In this document: one piece after another, positions 54,432 through 64,000 of the stretch
Position numbering within the stretch: position 1 is the stretch's first letter
Layout: each line of letters starts with the position of its first letter
Assembly: GCA_964016885.1 (NCBI GenBank)
Contig: OZ024740.1
Location: 87,420,001-87,484,000 of the forward strand
DNA length: 64,000 nucleotides
Origin: Eledone cirrhosa
Taxonomy: Eukaryota
Direction of reading: 5' to 3'
Program-made: the position numbers and the translations under genes
Notes under the pieces: generated by a model
The model's input: only the letters and a program-made list of their open reading frames with translations
What the model was told of the DNA's origin: nothing
The model's database searches: none

Positions 54432-54574
54432 CTATATATATATAAGTGGTACTCTGTACATAAACATATAAGCTTTTAAATATATATACATAAACATGTA
54501 TAACTGTATGTATGTATATATATATATATATATATATATAGAAGGATTTTAATGGATACAGTTTAGTTAAAAGG

Positions 54575-54699
54575 AATTTATTGACATGTGTTTCTATAAC
54601 AGTTACATAACCTGAAAACAGCTGCTATCTACAAAGTATTAGTTATGCAGACATTCAATATTTCAATGTTATCAACTGTCATTTCATCGGAATAATTTT
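54575..54699 (-). ncRNA. Second copy of the candidate hammerhead ribozyme (inverted arm)
   Basis: Reverse complement of 57894-58018 (ttattgacatgtgtttctataacagtt...aactgtcatttcatcggaataa). Confidence 0.6.
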
Positions 54700-56141
54700 A
54701 CTGAGGACCTGTTTGGTTTTTATAGAGAATATTAGGAGGGAGGGGTGAAGTTGTTAGAAGAATAGTTGAGGGAGTGGTTTTTTGATAGCAGTGAGAATTT
54801 TTGGTGGCAGTGAGTAATTAGATTCCCATCTGTTGTTTTGACATTTTTATAGAATATATTATTGGTTATTTTTCTAAATCTATAGAAGGATTAGAGATAG
54901 TATAGATATGCTTGGTTGGTTTTGTGTTTGCACTTAATTAACATTCAGACTTAAATTTTTCTTTCAAGTGTATGTATCCTTTCGCCCACGCATTCACACA
55001 CAAACATATATGCACACCTCTACAAAATACATATACTCACATACACATACTTACATGCTCATACTTACATACATATACACATGCATACATATATATATAC
55101 ACATATATACATGTACATACATACGCGTTCATGTGTATACATTTTCATACTCAACTTATCTTTATAGACACACACATATATACACACATACTCCAGTCTA
55201 TGTGTGTATATATATCTATATATATATATATATATAAACACTTTAATACATGAATGCACTTACATCTAACTATACACATCAAACATATATATATATTTAC
55301 TTATTTATATACATTTTTCCCATATATATACATACTTATGGTCGCTTTTAGACACATTCATTATAGCATATTTGCACCTATTCTCATCAGCATATCTTTC
55401 CATTATTAGTGTGGTAATTTAAGGTTATTAATATACATATATATGTTGAGAAGAGATTATTTTTATATTTTTTTAACTAGATTGAGGTTTATATAGTTGG
55501 GGGGATGTCCCTCTTTTATGTAATATTCAGCTTGTAGTGGGAAAAAAGGGTTTTAGTTCGGTGACGGCAGAATAATGTTCGTTCAATTCTGTTATTCAGC
55601 AATTTCCTCTTGTGTGTGATTATGTAATAGATCTCAAGATTACACAATTTGCAGAAATTTTGGCTCCTGGAAAAGCTTTGGGTTTTAGCTAATTTCTCCC
55701 ATTTTAGGGTAAACTTTTGATCGCTATCCCTGAGCGTCCAAGCTTTTTCTGCTAAAGTTGTTACATTTCTTTGGCTCTGGTGTTTTATTGAGTAAGAATG
55801 CCTATATAATCGAGATTTAAACGATGTTGCCGTTGATCCCACGTAATACCACTCGTTGCCTCCGGATTTAATGGTACACTTATAAATAATATTTTTTTCC
55901 AGGCAGTTATTGCCGAGGAGGCAGTTGTCAGGATAGGTGCAGTTACAGTTGTGTACGTTGGGTTTTCTCTGGAGTAGTATTGCGGACGAACTTAGGTGTG
56001 GTTTATTTATGTTCTATAGTGTATTGTCTACTGTTTTTTTTGTGTTCTTTGTACTTAAGTTTTTAGTGTTTTCGTTTAACCTTCTAGTATTGATCTTTTT
56101 TACGTGTTGTTCAAGGTTTAACGCTGTAGAGTATGACAGTC

Positions 56142-57092
56142 TTTAAGGAACACGCCGAGTACTACGATAACGCCCTTAGTAAAGCAGGCTACCTCAACAA
56201 AATAGAGTATATAGATGAGAACAATCAAAACACCCAAAATAAATCCCACATAGGTAGATACAATAACACAACACCAAACCACACTTACTACCATAGTATA
56301 CACACCAGTAAACCAACAAACAAAACTAATAGAAAGCGATGCAAAGAGTACTTATGGTATAACCCTGAATACAATGGTTCCATTAGTACAAATTTACCAG
56401 TACTCTTCTTTAAAATAATTAAGAGACATTTTCCTACATCACACAAATACCACAAAATCCTAAACCCTACCACTATGACTGTCATACTCTACAGCGTTAA
56501 ACCTCGAACAACACATAAAAAAGATCAATACTAGAAGGTTAAACGAAAACACTAAAAAACACAAGAACACAAAAAAAACAGTAGACAATACACTACAGAA
56601 CATAAATAAACCACACCTAAGTTCGTCCGCAATACTACTCCAGAGAAAACCCAACGTACACAACTGTAACTGCACCTATCCTGACAACTGCCCCCTCAGC
56701 AATAACTGCCTGGAAAAAAATATTATTTATAAGTGTACCATTAAATCCGGAGGCAACGAGTGGTATTACGTGGGATCAACGGCAACATCATTTAAATCTC
56801 GATTATATAGGCATTCTTACTCAATAAAACACCAGAGCCAAAGAAATGTAACAACTTTAGCAGAAAAAGCTTGGACGCTCAGGGATAGCGATCAAAAGTT
56901 TACCCTAAAATGGGAGAAATTAGCTAAAACCCAAAGCTTTTCCAGGAGCCAAAATTTCTGCAAATTGTGTAATCTTGAGATCTATTACATAATCACACAC
57001 AAGAGGAAATTGCTGAATAACAGAATTGAACGAACATTATTCTGCCGTCACCGAACTAAAACCCTTTTTTCCCCACTACAAGCTGAATATTA
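56142..57092 (+). pseudogene. Penelope-like RT C-terminus plus GIY-YIG endonuclease
   Basis: 56142-56476 in one frame; frameshift near 56476; then open from 56479 (LSYSTALNL...CNCTYPDNCPLSNNCLEKNIIYKC...YYVGSTATSFKSRLYRH); extra C near 57071 relative to the inverted copy. Confidence 0.85.
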
Positions 57093-57376
57093 CATAAAAG
57101 AGGGACATCCCCCCAACTATAAAAACCTCAATCTAGTTATAAAAATATAAAAATAATCTCTTCTCAACATATATATGTATATTAATAACCTTAAATTACC
57201 ACACTAATAATGGAAAGATATGCTGATGAGAATAGGTGCAAATATGCTATAATGAATGTGTCTAAAAGCGACCATAAGTATGTATATATATGGGAAAAAT
57301 GTATATAAATAAGTAAATATATATATATGTTTGATGTGTATAGTTAGATGTAAGTGCATTCATGTATTAAAGTGTT

Positions 57377-57408
<32 letters not shown>

Positions 57409-57893
57409 GACTGGAGTATGTGTGTATATATGTGTGTGTCTATAAAGATAAGTTGAGTATGAAAATGTATACACATGAACGCGTATGTATGTACATGTAT
57501 ATATGTGTATATATATATGTATGCATGTGTATATGTATGTAAGTATGTGTATGTGAGTATATGTATTTTGTAGAGGTGTGCATATATGTTTGTGTGTGAA
57601 TGCGTGGGCGAAAAGATACATACACTTGAAAGAAAAATTTAAGTCTGAATGTTAATTAAGTGCAAACACAAAACCAACCAAGCATATCTATACTATCTCT
57701 AATCCTTCTATAGATTTAGAAAAATAACCAATAATATATTCTATAAAAATGTCAAAACAACAGATGGGAATCTAATTACTCACTGCCACCAAAAATTCTC
57801 ACTGCTATCAAAAAACCACTCCCTCAACTATTCTTCTAACAACTTCACCCCTCCCTCCTAATATTCTCTATAAAAACCAAACAGGTCCTCAGT

Positions 57894-58018
57894 AAAATTA
57901 TTCCGATGAAATGACAGTTGATAACATTGAAATATTGAATGTCTGCATAACTAATACTTTGTAGATAGCAGCTGTTTTCAGGTTATGTAACTGTTATAGA
58001 AACACATGTCAATAAATT
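57894..58018 (+). ncRNA. Candidate type I hammerhead ribozyme in the Penelope pLTR
   Basis: Helix I ttatt/aataa; core CCGAUGA (57903-57909); 10-bp stem II atgacagttg/taactgttat; GAAA (57999-58002); short helix III ac-acat-gt; GUC cleavage triplet at 58008-58010. Confidence 0.6.
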
Positions 58019-59610
58019 CCTTTTAACTAAACTGTATCCATTAAAATCCTTCTATTTTTCTCCGGATTACTTTTGGAACTACAACTGGAACCGTCGAGCA
58101 AACTCTACATGAGCTGTCCATCTACTGTGTGTAATATTTATATTACAACACTACGGAAAATACTGTATATATATATATATATATATATATGGTAGCGTGG
58201 AAGATAGACGTTAAACGATGATGATGTTATAAACGTGTGTGTGTGTGTGTATATACATATATGTATGTGTGTGTGTGTATACATAACCATATGTATTATT
58301 TGATAAGATTAGAAGGCAGTACATGTAACATATTCAGAAAGCAAAGTGAAGCTGAGAATTGATTCAATGTATGAGAAAATTTAATTGATTTTCAATAAAC
58401 ATGCATACTAATTACTGTTTTGTTAATTAGCACCTTCAGGTAGGTAGTCTCTAAATTTGCACACACATATACGTGATCCGCCAAAATTTACAGACGTTTG
58501 TTTTCTTCATAATATAGGATGAAACATTTATAATGTCTTTCATAAATGTAATCTAATTATTTGAAAAATATTCGTTTTTGAAAAAAAATTTCAAAATATA
58601 ACTTTGTATTTGATATTTGAATACTGTATATCAGCATTGATCTATTGAAAATGCCTAAATAATTTCAAAAAATATGAATCAATATCATCAGCTTTATATC
58701 TGTTTTTCCATATATTGTTTTTCTTGATAGGACTTGGGCCCCTATTATTAACCCTTTCATTACAATATATTGTATAAAAGACAATGTATGTAATTTTCAA
58801 AATAAGCAAGAATTTAGTGGGGATTTAATAATATGGCTAATTTTCTCATATTGAACGAATGTTTGGAATTATTCTAGAAAGTCTTTGGATAAATATAAAC
58901 ATTTTAAAAGAAACAGTTCTGTGCTGTGGAACTAGAGGCAGATTGAGGTGGTTTTGCATAAAAATGTTTAAATCACCCAAGCAACCTCGAGTGAGACGCA
59001 ATCTTGTAGGAGGCCACCTTAATATACATAGGTATGGGTAGTAAATTTCATTTTTTCATTTTCCATTTTGGTATGGATTGGAGAAGACTTAATTTTGGAT
59101 GCAGTATTTTTTTGCATGATGCCCTTCCTGAAGCCAATCATCATTTGTTTTTTTAAGCAATGTATGGATTTGTGAATTAGAGTCGTTAGAACATTCGATG
59201 GCTCTCTGCTATTTCAGTTCAAATTCCACTGTGGTTAACTTTGCTTTTCATCTATTTGACATGGATGAAGAAATGTACCAGTCTAGTACTGAGGTGGATT
59301 CTTCCTTCATATTTCTTTCTTGCTTCCATTCTCTCACTCTCTATCCTTCTCTGAAAGAAATTTGGTGTACTCAGGACTGGAAAGAGGGCTGTACTCAGGC
59401 CAGGTTTTAAAAAATGCCCCCCCCAAAAATTGTATGTCACTACAGTGACCCTACAACTCCCTATTATGTGTCCATACTATACAGATCTTTGCATGTTTAA
59501 CAGCTACACACCATTTTCAATATTTCTACAATACTGCGATGCAACAATGATGTTTAGCAATTGAGTTATTCATCGCAGTACATTGTTATATATTTAAGTT
59601 AACTATATAT

Positions 59611-59996
59611 GGAGGCACATGGCTTAGTGGTTAGAGATTTGGGCTTGCAATTGAAAGGTTGTGAGTTCAATTCTCAGGCCGGGGGATGTGTTGTTTCCTT
59701 GAGCAAGACACTTTATTTCACATTGCTCCAGTTTACTCAGCTGTAGAAATGAGATGATAGGACTGAGGTCTCTATCATTCCACTGCAAAGTGGTCGTGAA
59801 GGCGCCACGGCAAAAAAGCACCCAGCCCACACTGTAAAGTGGACGTGTAGGCGCCACAGCAAAAAAGCACCCAGCACTCACTGTAAATGAGGTTGGTGTT
59901 AGGAAGGGCATCCAGCTGTAGAAATCAAGCCAAAATCAGTTCCCGTCCCACCCTTGCAAGCAGGGAAAAGTGGACGTAAATGATGATGATGATGAT
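59611..59996 (+). mobile_element. tRNA-derived SINE with RTE 3' tail (family 2), full length
   Basis: A box tggcttagtgg, B box gttcaattc, ccttgagcaagacactt core, RTE-like tail with (gat)n. Confidence 0.88.
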
Positions 59997-60584
59997 ATAT
60001 AAATTTGTATAAAACTGCAATCCTTTAAGATCCACTAATGCATCTCTCCGAGGTCTGCACCCTAGGTAACTGCCAAGTTAACCTAATGATAGCACAATCC
60101 CTGTATCTATACACATAGACTTCATACAGTTTCCATCTACCAAATTTCACCTATAAAGCATTGGTTGGCTTCAGGCTTTAGTAGAAGACATTTGCTTAAG
60201 GTGCCATGCAGTAGAATAATGTCTGCGGCCATGATTGTGAATCAAACTTCTTAAATACACTACCATATCTGTGCTTGAAATTATAGATGTAAAAACTACA
60301 ATTTCATGTATTTTTGGAATTACTTTCAGCAAAATGCATTTCTTTAAGGAAATATTTCTAGTTTGCTAAGATAATATAAATAGGCATCTTTTTCTCAATT
60401 TGTCAGACACAAATTTCTCTGAGGGATTTCCCTCCATCTATAAACAATTTGTTTGAAAATGTTCTCCACTTCTAATTCCCTTGACTATTTCTTTCACTCC
60501 TTTCATATTTCTCTTTCTCACTGTATAAATCTGTCTCCCATTCTCTTCTACTAAATGCCTACTCTTCTGTCAATGAGTCTATAA

Positions 60585-60739
60585 TAGGCATGGGCCACCT
60601 TTTTTGAGCAGTGGGCTGCATAGAATGTGGCTCATCATAGGGCATGCTGCAAATTCAAGACAATTTTGAAATCAGGGATGCCATTCAGAAAGCCAAAAGG
60701 GCCATATGCGGCTCAAGGGTCGCAAATTGCCCATGACTG
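60585..60739. mobile_element. hAT (Charlie-like) MITE
   Basis: taggcatgggccac / ttgcccatgactg TIRs; 8-bp flanks gtctataa / gtctaaca. Confidence 0.65.
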
Positions 60740-60939
60740 GTCTAACAACGAAATCAACTTTTTGAGTTTGGCCAAGTCAGTTCCAAATTGGCAGAGTTGT
60801 GAGAGTGTAGGAAAAAAATACCTTGTGATTTTTGTTTCAGTGATCTGAGTGCAAATCCTGACAGTCAAAATCTATTACGTCTGAACTGGTCTTATGATCA
60901 GTTTTGCGCTGGTCTGCTGGTTCTTCCTCCACACCCAAA

Positions 60940-61120
60940 ATAATTGTTTCTACTTTTGGCACAAGGCCAGCAATTACCCAGTACATTACTGGTACTTTAT
61001 TTTATCGACCCCATAAGGATGAAAGGCAAAGTTAACCTCGGCGCGATTTGAACTCAGAATGGCAAGGGGCGTAACTATGCGTCAAAGCATAGTGTCCAAC
61101 CCTCTACCGATACTGCCAAT
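60940..61120 (-). mobile_element. Family-1 SINE
   Basis: Consensus match; TSD ccacacccaa(a/c)ataat. Confidence 0.9.
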
Positions 61121-61550
61121 CCACACCCAACATAATGAAAGCATTTCATTATAGAGCTCATTAAATAAATTGTAAATTCTAAGAAACTGTAAATATTCTT
61201 CCAGCTTTCTTTAGCTTTTCTAAGAATATTATTAAAAATATATATATATACATGTTCTTATATATAAAATACCTGACTGCATACAGATGCTTTTTCATTC
61301 TTTCCTCTTCTCACCCTCTATCGTTCTATTTCATCTTTTATTTTTCATTCTTTCTTCTATATCAAGTGTAAATTAATATATTTCTTCATTGTACTGTGTT
61401 ATTTGATTTGTTGCTTACCTACATGAGATGATGCAGGAACAAAGTATCACTTTAACACCAATATATTTTTTATTCACCTGTGATGTGTGTTTCACAATCC
61501 ATCCTCTTAAGGTATGATTAGAATACTATACATATATGTATATATATATA

Positions 61551-62503
61551 TAGAAATAGTAGACACTTTCCGTTACCTGGGCGATGAAATCAGCAGTGGT
61601 GGAGGGTGTTCTGAAAGTACAGTAGCCAGAGTCAGAACGGGATGGAAAAAGTTCAGAGCTTATACCACTATTGGCCACAAAAGGTTTCTCTCTAAAGATG
61701 AAAGGCAGATTGTATGATGCTTGTATACGAACAGCAATGCTACATGGCAGTGAGACATGGGCATTACATGCAGAGGACCTGCGTATACTGGAAAGTAACT
61801 AAGCATGCATGCTCCGTTGGATGTGTAATAGTAATATACGTGAACGGCAAAGCATAAATGAACTAAGTGAGAAATTAGGAATAAGAGGGATCAGATGCTG
61901 TTTACTTGAGAGAATACTACGTTGGTATGGTCACGTGATGCGCATGAAAGACGACAGCTGCATAAAAAAGTGCAGGGCGATCAAAATTCATGGTAGTTAC
62001 GGAGTAGGTAGACCCAGAAAAACCTGGGATTATCTGAAAAATTCCGACCTCACATACTTACATCTCTCTAAGACAGTGTCTCTGGACCAAGATCTTTGGC
62101 GCTACGTAGTAATACAGAAGACCCGCCTTGCCTATGTACAAATCGAAACCTCTAGTCAGTAGGCACCTCTTAACCAAATATACACCCCAATCTACTACCC
62201 TTACCCTATCCTCCCACTCCCACCAACAGCACGAGAAAATGAGATCGAGTTTGTGTAGGTGTCACGACAAAAAAAACACACACAGTCCACACTGTAATGT
62301 GGCCGTGTATGTAACACGGTAAAAAGTTCCCAGTTCCACACTGTAAATGTGGTTGGTGTTAGGATGGGCATCCAGCCATAGAAAACCTGCCAGATAGTCT
62401 TATATGAGTGAGACACGGTCACCCGACCAGCCTTGCCGCAAGTGGGACAACTCCCGTCTAACCCATGCTAGCGTGGAAAATGGACATTAAACGAAGATGA
62501 TGA
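61551..62503 (+). mobile_element. 5'-truncated RTE LINE (subfamily A)
   Basis: EIVDTFRYLGD..CSESTVARVRTGWKKF; RILRWYGHVMRM..GRPRKTW; (gat)n tail; inside (TA)n. Confidence 0.92.
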
Positions 62504-62581
62504 TATATATGTATATATATATATATATATGTATATGTATATATATGTATATATATATATATATAGATATATATATATATG

Positions 62582-62611
<30 letters not shown>

Positions 62612-62616
<5 letters not shown>

Positions 62617-63210
62617 GTCAGGTCACCAGTTGGTGCTACTGGTAACATGTATCCCAGTACAACCTGTCTCATGGTCGGGTCGTTGGCGACTAAACTGGCA
62701 ACCCCACCAAGGATTCTTGGTGAGGAAGGTGACTTTGGACATCCTGCAGGACTAAAAACAAAACCTGTCAAAGGGCAAATAGCTCTTAAAAGTCAATGGC
62801 CATCCAAAATCACCGGGAGAGATGACCCCTTAGCCCTTGTCAAGGCAGAATTCTAGGAGAAGGAAAACTCTGATATAACACCTGCAACTCTGATGGTATC
62901 CAATGATGTTGACTTGTTCTTCTTTTTGGTAAATATCATCTTGGTTAAGAGAGTGGGACTGGCTTTGTGCAGTGCCTTTGCTCACTATAAAAGCTTCACG
63001 GCACAGGCATTGCTTTTATCTGGAGATCTCTCTGCACTTGTCGTCACATGGTACCATGGGCCCAGCACTATGTGTCAATAATTGTCACAAGTGTAGTGTT
63101 TGTACCAGAGTTTTCAAGTCGCTGGCTGGACTAAAAAGTCACATTCGGTAGGGGTTCTCCTACATGGATATAAAGTAGTGGCCGTACTCGAAAACGAGTT
63201 GGCAGCCACC
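62612..63210 (+). mobile_element. Non-autonomous RTE derivative (5' UTR-like part fused to the 3' end)
   Basis: ctaggagaaggaaaactctgat motif resembling RTE 5' regions; terminal C2H2-like CHKCSVCTRVFKSLAGLKSHIR* at about 63083-63151; flanked by (TA)n. Confidence 0.55.
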
Positions 63211-63228
63211 ATATATATATATATATTG

Positions 63229-63497
63229 TCCGGGTGATGTGTTGTTTCCTTGAGCAAGACACTTTATTTCACATTGCTCCAGTTTACTCAGCTGTAGAAA
63301 TGAGATGATAGGACTGGGGTCCCTCTCATTCCACTACAAAGTGGTCGTGGAGGTGCCACGGCAAAAAAAGCACCCACCACTCACTGTAAATGAGGTTGGT
63401 GTTAGGAAGGGCATCGAGCTGTAGAAATCAAGCCAGACTCAGTTCCCGTCTCACCCTTGCAAGCAGGGAAAAGCGGACGTAAAATGATGATGATGAT
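63229..63497 (+). mobile_element. Family-2 SINE, 5'-truncated
   Basis: Matches 59678-59996 with one internal unit missing. Confidence 0.85.
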
Positions 63498-64000
63498 ATA
63501 TATATATATATATATATATACATAATCCATCTTATCTATAGTTTGGAGTAGAAGTTTGAAACCAGAAAGAAGTGGCGGCACAAAAGAGAACAGTCATTGA
63601 GGAGGTCATAGAATGTATGGCAAAAGAACTTTGATGAACGAATGAATAACAAGCAATAAAGATTAAGTGAAAATCACACTGTGTGTTTCTTATATACATA
63701 TATATATTACATACATGCATCAACCACATATATTACACACATGCATATATGTATTCATATATATTCTGTTTAATTTTTAAGGAGTTTGGAAAAATCAAAT
63801 ATATGTAATTTGTATGTGTGTGTGTGGCACAAAGGCCAGGGGATGAAGGTCATATGACTATGCAAAAATTAGAACAATGTTGAATCAATGATTAAAGGTG
63901 CAGAAAGAGCTGTGTATTTATTGTGTTATATTTATTGATATATATTTTTTTGTAGTTTTCATTTTTAGAAGTTGCAGGTAAAAACAGTTAATAGCTGTTC

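Larger units (their letters stand above)
54540..58165 (+). mobile_element. Penelope-like retroelement: 5'-truncated copy (56142-58165, +) preceded by an inverted copy of its 3' part (54540-56141, -)
   Basis: ~1.6-kb inverted arms (54540-56141 vs 56477-58053); RT thumb/linker YLWYNPEY..HFPTSHKYHKILN; CNC..CPL..CL; GIY-YIG motif NIIY..YVG..FKSRLYRH; CKLCNLE; CRH; embedded in (TA)n. Confidence 0.9.

Noticed and set aside
53480-54445. Long + strand ORFs (200 aa and 107 aa); likewise 2675-3421 and 38122-39002
   Set aside because: Antisense shadows of the RTE ORF
57222-57265. CTGATGA in the Penelope 3' UTR as a second hammerhead
   Set aside because: Canonical first box, but no GAAA with convincing stem II, helix III and helix I
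59611-59685. tRNA genes at SINE heads (also 21479, 25816, 29833 etc.)
   Set aside because: A and B boxes are present, but there is no complete cloverleaf and each continues into a SINE body

Overview
AT-rich, repeat-dense animal genomic DNA. The repeat families ((CAT)n-tailed RTE LINEs, tRNA-derived SINEs, abundant (TA)n tracts) look like those of an octopod cephalopod; this is an inference from repeat content only. No host protein-coding gene could be identified confidently, and most ORF-track entries are spurious or transposon-derived. Supported content: a decayed L1/Tx1-clade LINE (1-1675) with several ultra-short 3' ends of related elements; at least five RTE LINE fragments in two subfamilies; two SINE families; several MITEs; and a near-intact Merlin (IS1016/IS1595-like) DNA transposon (26433-28314) with a 9-bp TSD, a single 5-bp duplication frameshift and a SINE in its left TIR. 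The most notable feature is a ~3.5-kb palindrome (54540-58053) formed by a Penelope-like retroelement with a GIY-YIG endonuclease, each arm carrying a candidate type I hammerhead ribozyme with a non-canonical core (CCGAUGA) and a long stem II. Also notable are a locally templated 162-bp inverted copy at an RTE 5' junction, a ~130-nt hairpin, and decayed local duplications. All alignments and folds were done by eye and need computational confirmation.
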